Positions 9,407 to 18,648 of a stretch of 64,000 nt of DNA are shown here, one piece after another. A model generated the notes under the pieces. The model had not been told where the DNA came from. It made no database searches and saw only the letters and a program-made list of their open reading frames with translations. Location of the stretch: contig CAYSZX010000002.1 of assembly GCA_964435835.1 (NCBI GenBank), positions 8,282 through 72,281 of the forward strand. The letters run 5' to 3'. Source of the stretch: an uncultured Candidatus Saccharibacteria bacterium. Lineage in GTDB: Bacteria; Patescibacteriota; Minisyncoccia; Minisyncoccales; JANBVM01. Every line of letters begins with the position of its first letter. Within the stretch, counting starts at the first letter, position 1. A program made the position numbers and the translations under genes.

Positions 9407-10395
9407 TATTTTATTGTAAAGGAAAAAATCAATTCTGGCCAATTCAAAAAATCGGCCTCTATTAGGATGAAGATTAAGTAAATGGCGATCAATAAGAATG
9501 ATTCTTTTTTAGTAATTTCATGATCAGTTTTTGCAAAAATAAGAAAAAACAAACAAGTTATTATTATAAAAGTAATCCCGTTATAATAAGGAGAAAGATC
9601 ATTAACTATTATTGGTGATATTAAGGCTGTGAGTCCTAAAACTAAAGTTGAATTAGTAACTATTGAGCCCATAATATTACCGATAATCATATCTTTTTGT
9701 TCTAATTTTGTTGATTTTATTCCAAAGATTATTTCAGGCAATGAAGTACCGATAGAGATAAGGAAAAGACTAATTAGTATTTTTGAAAGATTAAAATGTT
9801 CGGCGATTTTTACTGTAGAAGAAACAATTCCTTGAGAGCTTAAAAGAAGAATTATAAAACTTCCAATAAATATTAGTAAACTTTTGAAAAGTAATTTAAA
9901 GCCTACCCAGTCTCTTTTTTTCCCATTAAAAACTTTTTCAAACCTTCTTTCTTGAGAGATAAGATGAAAGTAATAAAAAACAAAGGATCCCAGTAAAATA
10001 AAACTTTCAAGCCGTGAAATACTACCATCTCTTAATAAAAAGAAAGGAATAAGATTATAAAGCATTGCTCGGAAAATTGATCGCTGAATTATTTTCCCTT
10101 TTAATTCAATAGTTCCAGTACTAATAGCTGTTACTCCGATAATAATAGTTGCTGCAATAAGATTTGAACCAATAACCACTCCTAATATTATTTCTGGATG
10201 ATTATTAAAAGCTGAAGTAACACCAAGAAAAACTTCAGGTAAAGAAGTTGACAAACCCATTAAAATAGAAGAAACAACAAAAGCTTTCCATTTTAAGAAT
10301 CGGGAAATATGAACTAAAGAGTCGACAATTTGATTGCCGGCATAACTTAGAGCAAAACAAGAAACAATAAATAATAAAAAGTAAAGTAAAGGCAT
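9406..10395 (-). CDS. CaCA-family Na+/Ca2+ exchanger (YrbG-like)
   Basis: Two alpha-repeat signatures (LSTSLPEVF and GTSLPEIIF) in a 10-TM-like protein. Confidence 0.75.
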   Translation of the reverse strand: MPLLYFLLFIVSCFALSYAGNQIVDSLVHISRFLKWKAFVVSSILMGLSTSLPEVFLGVTSAFNNHPEIILGVVIGSNLIAATIIIGVTAISTGTIELKGKIIQRSIFRAMLYNLIPFFLLRDGSISRLESFILLGSFVFYYFHLISQERRFEKVFNGKKRDWVGFKLLFKSLLIFIGSFIILLLSSQGIVSSTVKIAEHFNLSKILISLFLISIGTSLPEIIFGIKSTKLEQKDMIIGNIMGSIVTNSTLVLGLTALISPIIVNDLSPYYNGITFIIITCLFFLIFAKTDHEITKKESFLLIAIYLIFILIEADFLNWPELIFSFTIK

Positions 10396-10396
10396 T

Positions 10397-11542
10397 TTAA
10401 GAAAAGAAATAAATTAATTCATAAGCCATTCCCAAAACAAAAACTAAAATTAAAGGAAAAATCCAAAAAGTAACTCTTTCTTTCTTTCTTTCTTTTAATT
10501 TTTTATACATTAATAAGATTAAAATTCCGTCAATACTAAAACCTATTCCTCCCAACAAACTTATAACTTGAATAAAATTATCCATTCCAAGAAAAAAGAG
10601 AAATAAGGGCACGAAACAAACAATAAACCAAGATATATTTTTCCCTATTTTTAAATCATACATGAATATGTTTTTTAGAACAAGCCCTGAAGAAACAAAA
10701 GAAGTAAAGGTTGTTAAAAGCCCTAGAATCAAAGCTAAATTGACTATTTCAGCTCTTATTTGGCTTTCTAAGCCAATTAAAGCTGTAGGACTAGTATTCA
10801 CTCCTCTTAAACCTAAAACAAGATAAATAAAGACAAAATAAACAATTGGAGGAATTAGACTAGCAGTAACAATTGTTTCTTCAATCAAATGTTTTTTTCT
10901 ATTTAACATCTCTTCTATGTTTGGAATTAAAGTAGCTCCCCAAAGAGAATAAAGAACCGCCCCATAAGGCAAAAAGGCATCTTTTATTGTTTCAACAGAT
11001 CCTAAAAATAGATTTTCTATTTCAATTGCCTGATAAGAATTATTAAAAATGGCAATTAAAACCAGAAAAAGAAAACCTAAAGCCCAAAAGTTTAATTTAG
11101 CAATTGCTTTAATTCCGAAATAAATAAAGAAAGAAGCAAAAGCAAAATAGATAAGAGTATAAAAAGAATTATTCAAACGAAGAAAAGGAGAAAGTAAACT
11201 TTCTAAAAAAGAACCTCCAACAATTAAATAAGCTAAAAGACCACCTAATCCTACAAAAATTGAAAAGAAGAAAGATATTATTTCCCCTCTTTTTCCTAGA
11301 TAGAATTTTGCGAAACCAGGCATCCTTTTAAAATCAGGAGTATTTAAAGCTACTTCTCCAAAAATTAAATGAACAATTGTTACTATTGTTCCTAATATTA
11401 GAAAATAAATAAGCATGAAAGGAAGTCCAACCTGAAGGGTAATATAGGGTAGCGAAAAAAATCCTACTCCTATAATCATTCCAGCCAAGACTGTGGTTGG
11501 AAGAATAATTTGTTTTAATTCATTCATAATCTTTTCTAACAA
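10397..11542 (-). CDS. amino-acid permease, Trp/Tyr-permease (HAAAP)-like
   Basis: About 11 TM segments. The N-terminus (VLAGMIIGVGFFSLPYITLQVG...FGEVALNTP) resembles TyrP/Mtr-type transporters. Confidence 0.55.
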   Translation of the reverse strand: MLEKIMNELKQIILPTTVLAGMIIGVGFFSLPYITLQVGLPFMLIYFLILGTIVTIVHLIFGEVALNTPDFKRMPGFAKFYLGKRGEIISFFFSIFVGLGGLLAYLIVGGSFLESLLSPFLRLNNSFYTLIYFAFASFFIYFGIKAIAKLNFWALGFLFLVLIAIFNNSYQAIEIENLFLGSVETIKDAFLPYGAVLYSLWGATLIPNIEEMLNRKKHLIEETIVTASLIPPIVYFVFIYLVLGLRGVNTSPTALIGLESQIRAEIVNLALILGLLTTFTSFVSSGLVLKNIFMYDLKIGKNISWFIVCFVPLFLFFLGMDNFIQVISLLGGIGFSIDGILILLMYKKLKERKKERVTFWIFPLILVFVLGMAYELIYFFS

Positions 11543-14153
11543 TAAAATAATGTTTAATGGTTTCTATTAATGAAATATCAAGTATTCCTAAGCCAATAAT
11601 TAACCCCCAATCTTTTAATGAAAGAGAAACTGTTTTTAATAATGATTGTAAAAAAGGATTATAGATAGACAGTATTAAAACAACAAAACCAATTGCGGAA
11701 GCCTTTACTAGAAATTTATTTGATAAAAGATCAATATCCCATAAGTTTTTTCTAAGACTTTTACAAGAAAAAACATAAATTAAAGAATCAAAAGTTAAAC
11801 AAGCGAAAATCAAAGTTCTGATGTATTTTATATTATGCCCTTGGTTTAATAGCCAGAAAAACAAACCAATAAGAATTAATTCTCCTGCAAAACCAATAGC
11901 AAGAATAATTACTTTCATTTCTCTAGTTAAAAGCTTGTCTTTATCTTTTTTATGAACTTTTCTCTTCATCAGATCTTTTTCTTTTGGTTCAAAGGCTAAA
12001 GCAATATCAGGCAGACTGTCTTCGATTAAATTAACCCAAAGAATTTGAACAACCGACAAAGGTAAAGGGTTGTTGGTGATAATACTTGTTCCGATTAATA
12101 AAATTTCAGTGAGGCCATCTGACAACAAGAAAGTAGTAGCTTTTCTAATATTATCTAAAATACCTCTTCCCTCTTTTATAACATCAATAATCACTGAAAA
12201 ATTATCATCTAAAAGAATTAAATCAGAAGCTTCCTGGGCCACCTCTGTTCCAGACCCAACAGCTAATCCAATATCTGCTTTCTTTAAAGCAGTAGCGTCA
12301 TTAATGCCATCTCCGGTCATTGCTACTACCTCTTCTCTATCTTGCCAAGCCTGGATTATTTTATACTTATGTTCAGGGCTTACTCTCGCATAAATAGTGG
12401 TTTTTTCTAACCTTCTTTGAAAATCTTTTTCAGAAATAGAATCTAAATCCTTTCCTTCTAAAATGTTATCTTCATTATTTTTAATACCTATTTCTTTAGC
12501 TACATTTTTAGCTGTTAGTTTGTGATCTCCAGTTATAATTATTACTTTAATGCCTGATTTCTGGCAGATAGAAATTGCATCTTTGACTTCTTTTCTGACC
12601 GGGTCTTTTAAAGCTATAAAACCAGTAAAAATTAAATCTTTTATTTCTTTTTTTAAGGAGTTGTCCTTTAAAGAATCTAAATTTTTTAAATCTTTTTTAT
12701 AGGCCGTTCCTATAATTCTTAATCCTTTTTGAGCTAGCTCATCTAATTTCTTTTTTATAGTTTTTAATTTTTCTTTTTTGATTTTCTTTATCTTGCCTTC
12801 TGATTCATAGAATTTACAATTTTCTAAAACTATTTCTGGAGCTCCTCGAAAATAAATAAACTTATCCTCTTTTTCTTTAAAAGCAATAGCTGTAAATTTG
12901 TCTGTTGAGTTAAAAGGAATTTCGGCTAGTTTTTTAGCTTTATCATTTTTTCTTATTGCTTTTTCTGAAATTGCTTTTTCAAATAAGGCTTTTTCTGTTG
13001 GTGTCCCTCTTACTTTATGAGAGCCTTTTTCAATAAAGGCTTTTGAAAAAAGAGACCCAACCCTTAAATTTAAAATGTAATCTTTTTTACTTGTTTTCTT
13101 CTCAAGCATTTGGCTCGGAGTTAAAACCGTATCTACTTTCATTGTCCCTTCAGTCAAAGTTCCTGTTTTGTCAGTGCAGATAACGGAGGTACTACCTAAT
13201 GTTTCAGTAGAAGAAAGTTTTCTAACTAACCCTCTTTTTTTAAGAATTCTTTTGGTTCCTAAGGCTAAAATAACAGTAATTGTTATAGGTAAAGCTTCTG
13301 GAATACCAGCGACAGCAAGCGCAACAGTTGTTGAAAAAATTTCTAGTAAATCGAATCCATGTAAAAGGCCTTCAATGAAAATTATTAAGCAAACAAAAAG
13401 AATAACTATACTAATTACTTTTGAAAGATTTTTTATTTTTCTTTGAAAAGGAGTTTTTGTTTCTCGAGATTCTTTTATGTTTTTAGCTATTCTGCCTATT
13501 TCTGTTTCTTCTCCTGTGGAAAAAACAACAGCCTTCCCTTCTCCCTGTTCTATTATTGTTCCCATAAAGGCAATGTTTTCTCTGTCAGCTAAAATGGTTT
13601 CTTCTGGTAAAATACCTTCGTTCTTATTCGAAGGAATCCATTCACCGGTTAAGGCCATTTCATTGATTTTTAGCTTTTTACTCTCTATTATTCTTGCATC
13701 TGCAGGAACTTTATTTCCTTCTTCCAGGATAATGATATCGCCAGGCACTAATTTTTCTGTATTAATAATTTTAAAACTTCCATTACGTAAAACCTTAGTG
13801 GTATGTTGAACTACTTTCTTTAAATTTTTTAAGATATCATTTGCCTTTTTTTCCTGTAAAAATCCTATAATTGCACTAATTAATACTGTAATAGTAATAA
13901 TACTGGCATCGGTTATTTCTCCGACTAAAAAGCTAACAAAGCTAGCTATTACTAGAATATAAACTAAAGGACTTTTAAATTGTTCTAAGAAAAGTCTTAA
14001 ATTCGAAAAAGCCTTTTTTTCAGGCAGTTTGTTTTTTCCAAATTCTTTTCTTCTAAAAATAGCATTCTTTTCAGACAACCCTTTTTTTAGATTTGTCTTT
14101 AAAGTTTTAACTATTTCTTTTCCTGATAAATTGTGCCAAGAAATTTGAGCCAT
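11520..14153 (-). CDS. P-type cation-transporting ATPase (P2/Ca2+-type)
   Basis: TGEW actuator motif, phosphorylation site ICTDKTGTLT, hinge MTGDGINDA; 877 aa. It lies next to the CaCA exchanger. Confidence 0.9.
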   Translation of the reverse strand: MAQISWHNLSGKEIVKTLKTNLKKGLSEKNAIFRRKEFGKNKLPEKKAFSNLRLFLEQFKSPLVYILVIASFVSFLVGEITDASIITITVLISAIIGFLQEKKANDILKNLKKVVQHTTKVLRNGSFKIINTEKLVPGDIIILEEGNKVPADARIIESKKLKINEMALTGEWIPSNKNEGILPEETILADRENIAFMGTIIEQGEGKAVVFSTGEETEIGRIAKNIKESRETKTPFQRKIKNLSKVISIVILFVCLIIFIEGLLHGFDLLEIFSTTVALAVAGIPEALPITITVILALGTKRILKKRGLVRKLSSTETLGSTSVICTDKTGTLTEGTMKVDTVLTPSQMLEKKTSKKDYILNLRVGSLFSKAFIEKGSHKVRGTPTEKALFEKAISEKAIRKNDKAKKLAEIPFNSTDKFTAIAFKEKEDKFIYFRGAPEIVLENCKFYESEGKIKKIKKEKLKTIKKKLDELAQKGLRIIGTAYKKDLKNLDSLKDNSLKKEIKDLIFTGFIALKDPVRKEVKDAISICQKSGIKVIIITGDHKLTAKNVAKEIGIKNNEDNILEGKDLDSISEKDFQRRLEKTTIYARVSPEHKYKIIQAWQDREEVVAMTGDGINDATALKKADIGLAVGSGTEVAQEASDLILLDDNFSVIIDVIKEGRGILDNIRKATTFLLSDGLTEILLIGTSIITNNPLPLSVVQILWVNLIEDSLPDIALAFEPKEKDLMKRKVHKKDKDKLLTREMKVIILAIGFAGELILIGLFFWLLNQGHNIKYIRTLIFACLTFDSLIYVFSCKSLRKNLWDIDLLSNKFLVKASAIGFVVLILSIYNPFLQSLLKTVSLSLKDWGLIIGLGILDISLIETIKHYFIVRKDYE

Positions 14154-14200
14154 TTATTTATTTTAACAGAAAAAACTTTTTAAGAAAGCTTTTAATAATG

Positions 14201-14272
14201 TGACCCCACCGAGAGTCGAACTCGGGTTACAAGATTGAGAATCTTGCGTCCTAACCACTAGACGATGGGGCC
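14201..14272 (-). tRNA. tRNA-Glu (anticodon CUC)
   Basis: Manual cloverleaf of 72 nt: acceptor GGCCCCA/UGGGGUC, D-loop AGUGGUUA, anticodon loop UUCUCAA, T-arm CCGAG-UUCGACU-CUCGG. Confidence 0.85.
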
Positions 14273-14841
14273 TGTAGTTTTTTAAAGGCTTGTGATATTT
14301 TAACCAGATTTAATCCTAAACTGGTACTAATAGCAATAGCCCCTAAAACAGTATAAATATTCTCCTTGCTTTTTTTCTCTAAAGCAACAGGAATAATACT
14401 TCCATTGTAATCTATTTTAAAGATTTTTCCATTTTTAACAGGTTTTAAATCTGCTTCTTCTGAAAAACCAAACTTTTTAGGCTTCAAACCAGCTATTTTT
14501 CCAGCTCTTTTAGTTATAGAATTATCAGCATTTAAAATCAAGATTGTTTGATAGGATAAAGACTCTATTGTTTTTTCAATATTTTTTCTGACAGCTTTTA
14601 ATTCGGTGATAACAAAAATTGGTTTTTTAGATCTTTTCAGAAAAAAATCTAATTTTTCAATATTTTTATCATCGGCGGTAAAGATTAAAATATCTTTCCC
14701 TATTTCAAAATATCTTTTTACTATTTGAGAAGTTCTTTCCTTGGTTTTTTCTTTTTGTTCTCCAATAATAACAATTACGGGAACTCTTTTAAAGAAAAAA
14801 ATTAATTTAGATAGGAAATTAGTTTTGTTTTTCATAATCAA
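14251..14841 (-). CDS. degenerate Mur-ligase-like protein (MurF central-domain-like, P-loop lost)
   Basis: It occupies the dcw position after ftsI. VIVIIGEQKEKTKERTS stands in place of the GxxGKT(T/S) P-loop. ILILNADN and ENIYTVLGAIAISTSLGLNL resemble the Mur_ligase_M end. Only 196 aa with no C-terminal domain, and the stop lies inside tRNA-Glu. Confidence 0.45.
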   Translation of the reverse strand: MIMKNKTNFLSKLIFFFKRVPVIVIIGEQKEKTKERTSQIVKRYFEIGKDILIFTADDKNIEKLDFFLKRSKKPIFVITELKAVRKNIEKTIESLSYQTILILNADNSITKRAGKIAGLKPKKFGFSEEADLKPVKNGKIFKIDYNGSIIPVALEKKSKENIYTVLGAIAISTSLGLNLVKISQAFKKLQAPSSSG

Positions 14842-16465
14842 AAGGTATTTGGTATTGACGAATAATATATTCAGCTAATTCCTGAAAAATAGGAATAGCC
14901 GAATATTCAGCAGTTTTAGTTTGTGGGTTGTCTAACTTTACAAGAATTAAAAACTCAGGATTATAAGCAGGAGCAAAACCAATAAAAGACTGAATGGTTT
15001 TATCTGAATAACCTGACTTATCTATTTCTAATGAACCGTAAGATACTTGAGCGGTTCCTGTTTTTCCAGCAATAAAATAGCCAGGCACTTTAGCTTTTTT
15101 TCCAAAACCATTTTCAACAACGCTAACCATCATAGAAACAACTTTTGAAGCTGTTTCATTAGAAATAATTTGTTTTTTTTCTTGATCTTCATAAGGGAAT
15201 TCAACATTATGATCGGCATCTACTATTTTTTCTACTAAATGAGGGGTTACTTCTTTTCCTTCATTGGCCAAAATACAAAAAGCTTTAATTAATTGAATAG
15301 GAGTAATAGCTATTCCTTGGCCAAAAGAAGCTGTTGCTAAATTTACTTTTCTTTGACTTCTTATTGCTTGATTTGGCGAATAAGTTTCAGGAGTATCTAT
15401 TCCTGTTGGTTTAAAAAAGCCAAACCTTTCTAAGTATTCAATAAATAAATCTCCACCTAGTTCTTGTTGGGCAAAAACAGCTCCTGTATTAATAGATTTT
15501 TCTAAAACTTTAGTCATACTGGTATCACCCTGGTAAACTCTTTTTTCATAATTGTAAATAGGGTAATCATTTATTTCTAAATAGCCAGGGTCTTGATAAG
15601 TTGTTTCGGGACTTATTTTTTCCTCCTCTATAGCTGAAGCCATAGTAATAGGCTTAAAAACCGATCCTGGTTCAAACAACTCTTGAGTAGAAAGATTTTT
15701 AAAAATAGCTAGATTATTCTGGGTAGCATATTCTTGGTAGTTATTAGGATCAAAATTAGATAAACTGGCCATTGCTATGATTTCTCCTGAACTAGGATTA
15801 ACAACAATTATTTCTCCGTTTTTAATATTAAAATTATTTTCAGCTTTTTTTAGCAGAGTCTCTGCTTTAAATTGAATATCATGATCAATAGTTAAAAAAA
15901 GATCAGAACCTTTTTTAGTTTTTATACCTCCTTCTTTACTTTTTAAATCATCATTATAGAACTCCTCTAATCCATATTGCCCTTCTTCTGCTCCTAAAAA
16001 ACCAATAACAGGAGAAAGAAATTCTCCCTGCGGATAATATCTTTCTTTATTAGTATTAACGAAAACTCCGTAAATATCTAAATTCTTTATTTTTTCAACT
16101 TCTTCTTTACTTAATCTGTTTTTTATTATTGCGTAAGAAGGATATTTGTTGATTTTTTGCTGGATAATTTCTTTTTCCAGCTTTAAAATTTCACTTAAAT
16201 TGTTAGTTGCTTTTTCAATATCTTTAACTAGTCTTGAGTTAACAAAAACAAAAGATTCTTCAATATTGATAGCTAAAGGCTTATCTTTAGCTAGAAAGAT
16301 TTCACCTCTTTCTTTTAAATCTTTTCCAAGATCTAAATGAAGCCCTTGTGAAAGGGCTTTGTAGCGATCACCTTTTTGGATTTGTAAAATAACTAAGTCG
16401 TGAACAATAACCCCCGAGGCAATAAAAAATATTAAAAGTATGAGATTAATTTTCCATTCCTTCAT
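14819..16465 (-). CDS. ftsI: class B penicillin-binding protein (FtsI/PBP2-type transpeptidase)
   Basis: N-terminal TM segment, SxxK (GSVFKP), SxN (KSINTG), KTG (GKTGTA), and dcw synteny. Confidence 0.9.
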   Translation of the reverse strand: MKEWKINLILLIFFIASGVIVHDLVILQIQKGDRYKALSQGLHLDLGKDLKERGEIFLAKDKPLAINIEESFVFVNSRLVKDIEKATNNLSEILKLEKEIIQQKINKYPSYAIIKNRLSKEEVEKIKNLDIYGVFVNTNKERYYPQGEFLSPVIGFLGAEEGQYGLEEFYNDDLKSKEGGIKTKKGSDLFLTIDHDIQFKAETLLKKAENNFNIKNGEIIVVNPSSGEIIAMASLSNFDPNNYQEYATQNNLAIFKNLSTQELFEPGSVFKPITMASAIEEEKISPETTYQDPGYLEINDYPIYNYEKRVYQGDTSMTKVLEKSINTGAVFAQQELGGDLFIEYLERFGFFKPTGIDTPETYSPNQAIRSQRKVNLATASFGQGIAITPIQLIKAFCILANEGKEVTPHLVEKIVDADHNVEFPYEDQEKKQIISNETASKVVSMMVSVVENGFGKKAKVPGYFIAGKTGTAQVSYGSLEIDKSGYSDKTIQSFIGFAPAYNPEFLILVKLDNPQTKTAEYSAIPIFQELAEYIIRQYQIPFDYEKQN

Positions 16466-16761
16466 TGATTCCTACTAGCAATGGAGTTTTCTAAAACTTC
16501 AATATAACTAATATTTTTTGGCTCAGTAAAATCTTTACTTGAAATATAACTATCTACATGAGCCAAGGAGCTTACCTTGGAAAAATTGATTGTTAAAGAC
16601 TTATTGTATTCCGAAAGACTAAATATTCTGCTTTCGTATTTTGAAATTAAGTATTTTTCTCTAGTGTATAGACCGATTTGAAAAATACAAAAAGTAACAA
16701 GTAATAAAGTTAAAGCAATTAAACAATTAGAGACGATTTTTAAATTTAAAGTAGTTGTCAT
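16462..16761 (-). CDS. ftsL: FtsL-like small bitopic division protein
   Basis: 99 aa with a single TM segment, positioned between rsmH and ftsI with 4-nt overlaps on both sides. The call rests on synteny. Confidence 0.5.
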   Translation of the reverse strand: MTTTLNLKIVSNCLIALTLLLVTFCIFQIGLYTREKYLISKYESRIFSLSEYNKSLTINFSKVSSLAHVDSYISSKDFTEPKNISYIEVLENSIASRNQ

Positions 16762-17633
16762 ATTTTTATTGCCGCTCGAAGTTTAGCACTTCTAGAGCGT
16801 GGGTTATTTTTTATTTCTCTTCGACTTGGTTGAATTGGTTTTTTTGTTAAGATTTTTATTAATTTATTTTTTGATTGTTTTTTAAAATAATTTTTAATAA
16901 TTTTATCTTCCAAGGAATGAAAAGATATGACTACTATCCTTCCTCCTTTTTTAATAATCTTTAAGGCTTGAGGTAAAACCTTTTTTAAATTATTTAATTC
17001 ATTATTCACAGCAATTCTTAGAGCTTGAAATGTCCTAGTAGCAGGGTGTATTTTCTTGTGTCGATACCAGCTAGGAACAGAATTTTTTATTATCTCAACC
17101 AAGCTCTTAGTTGTTTCAATTGCTGATTCTCTTCTTCGCTTTACAATGTTTTTACCAATTCTACTAGCAAACCTTTCCTCTCCGTATCTTTTCAAAATCT
17201 GAATTATTTCTTTTTTATCCCATTCATTAATAATTTCTTTAGCAGTCAAATCTTGATCGGTGTTGTATCTCATGTCTAATTCTTCATTTTCGAGAAAAGA
17301 GAATCCTCTTCCACTTTCATCTATCTGCCAACTTAGAAAGCCAAGGTCAAATAAAATTCCGGACACTGGTTTAAAATCTCTTTTTTCTACAATTTCTTCT
17401 AAATGAATATAAGAATTATTTTCCAATATCAATCTTTTGATTTCTTTTTCTTTCAGTTTTGAATAAACTTTTTTATCCCACTCAATTCCTAATACTTTCC
17501 CTTTCGGTCCATTCTTCTTTAATATTTCTAAAGTGTGTCCTCCCTCCCCTATGGTTGCGTCAATGAAATTTTCGTTTGCTTTTACATCTAGATATTTTAA
17601 AACCTCTTTTTTAAGAACACTTTTGTGCATCAA
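16758..17633 (-). CDS. rsmH: 16S rRNA (cytosine1402-N4)-methyltransferase
   Basis: HKSVL...DATIGEGGHT, FDLGFLSWQIDE, ISFHSLEDK. Confidence 0.95.
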   Translation of the reverse strand: MMHKSVLKKEVLKYLDVKANENFIDATIGEGGHTLEILKKNGPKGKVLGIEWDKKVYSKLKEKEIKRLILENNSYIHLEEIVEKRDFKPVSGILFDLGFLSWQIDESGRGFSFLENEELDMRYNTDQDLTAKEIINEWDKKEIIQILKRYGEERFASRIGKNIVKRRRESAIETTKSLVEIIKNSVPSWYRHKKIHPATRTFQALRIAVNNELNNLKKVLPQALKIIKKGGRIVVISFHSLEDKIIKNYFKKQSKNKLIKILTKKPIQPSRREIKNNPRSRSAKLRAAIKI

Positions 17634-18061
17634 ATATCTAATTCTTTTAATTTACTAGCGATATCTCCTAATTCCTTTTCTGTATCTTTTCTGTATTGCT
17701 TCCATTCTTCCTCATCCCAAATCTCTATCTTATTGGACAAACCTATTATAGTTACGTTCTTTTTTAAAGATGCGTATTCTGTTAGATAATCAGGGATTAA
17801 AATTCTTCCTAACTTATCAAATGTAACGTCTACTGCTCCCGAAAGTAAAACTCTGGAAAACCCTCTTGCATCAATTTGAGTTCCAGGCAGTCTTTCCAAC
17901 TTTTCAGTAAATTTTCCCCATTCTTCCATTGGATAAAGAACTAAACAATTTTCAAGCCATCTGGTTATGACTGCTTTTTCGCCCAATTGCGATCGGAACT
18001 TTGAAGGTATAGAAACTCTTCTCTTATGATCAATTGTGTATGAATATTCTCCTATAAACAT
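17630..18061 (-). CDS. mraZ: transcriptional regulator MraZ
   Basis: MFIGEYSYTIDHKRRVSIPSKFR plus a second SpoVT/AbrB-like repeat (DKLGRILIP). The ATG at 18061 gives the canonical N-terminus; the ORF-track start at 18073 is a GTG four codons upstream. Confidence 0.9.
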   Translation of the reverse strand: MFIGEYSYTIDHKRRVSIPSKFRSQLGEKAVITRWLENCLVLYPMEEWGKFTEKLERLPGTQIDARGFSRVLLSGAVDVTFDKLGRILIPDYLTEYASLKKNVTIIGLSNKIEIWDEEEWKQYRKDTEKELGDIASKLKELDI

Positions 18062-18099
18062 ATTGTTTTCCACAGAATAAGGGGTTTATTAACATATTT

Positions 18100-18135
18100 T
18101 TCCACAATTTCCCACTTATTCTCACTTGTTATCAC
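18100..18135 (-). promoter_or_regulatory. array of four 10-bp-phased GTG(G/A)(G/A/T)A boxes (candidate MraZ operator)
   Basis: Read 5' to 3' on the minus strand the boxes are GTGATA (18135-18130), GTGAGA (18125-18120), GTGGGA (18115-18110) and GTGGAA (18105-18100). The period is exactly 10 bp, and the array ends 39 nt upstream of the mraZ ATG. Confidence 0.55.
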
Positions 18136-18163
18136 TGTATCCTATTTTATGGGGTAAAGTCAA
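18134..18163 (-). promoter_or_regulatory. candidate dcw/mraZ promoter
   Basis: On the minus strand: TTGACT (18163-18158), 18-nt spacer, TACAGT (18139-18134). The -10 overlaps the first GTG box. Confidence 0.35.
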
Positions 18164-18235
18164 GCAAAGATTGACTAAGCTCAAATAAGCTTATTTTTCT
18201 AATTTTTCCACAGGAAATTAACAGCTTTATTTCAA

Positions 18236-18271
18236 AACAAAAACCTCTATTTAAAAAATAGAGGCTTTTTT
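18236..18271. terminator. bidirectional hairpin terminator ending the upstream operon
   Basis: CCUCUAUUU-AAA-AAAUAGAGG perfect 9-bp stem (18244-18264) flanked by A-rich and T-rich runs, 28 nt downstream of the 18292..18648 gene. Confidence 0.65.
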
Positions 18272-18291
18272 ATTATTTTGCTATTTTTCTA

Positions 18292-18648
18292 TTATTCTTT
18301 ATCTGATGGTGTTCTTATTAATTTAATACCAAGTTCAGACATTTTGCTTCCACCAGTTATTATTATCCAAGCTCCTCCTGTCCAAGTGATTAAATTGGCA
18401 AATTTATTGAGAGATTCCAAAGGAATAAGGTTTGATAATTGTTGTGATAACATTTGTCTTATTTGATCTTCAAATCCGCTATCTGTTCCCTCTTCAGGAA
18501 TTTCTTGTATATTACCGAAGTCCATATTAAAGATTTGGGGAACTGGAGTAGCTCCAGTGAAAATATTATAAGTGTAATAAATTGTTGAACCAATAATTAT
18601 TATCCCAGCCGTGAAAGTTAACCATCCTATAATTTTAGTTGCGCTCAT
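18292..18648 (-). CDS. small membrane protein, hypothetical
   Basis: 118 aa with an N-terminal TM segment (IIGWLTFTAGIIIIGSTIYY) and a 4-nt overlap with prmC. Confidence 0.5.
   Translation of the reverse strand: MSATKIIGWLTFTAGIIIIGSTIYYTYNIFTGATPVPQIFNMDFGNIQEIPEEGTDSGFEDQIRQMLSQQLSNLIPLESLNKFANLITWTGGAWIIITGGSKMSELGIKLIRTPSDKE

Noticed and set aside
18062-18073. A GTG start (ORF track) for mraZ, and a fifth CCAC box at 18070-18073.
   Set aside because: The ATG at 18061 yields the canonical MraZ N-terminus (MF.G). The extra CCAC is out of the 10-bp phase and lies in the 5' leader or coding start.
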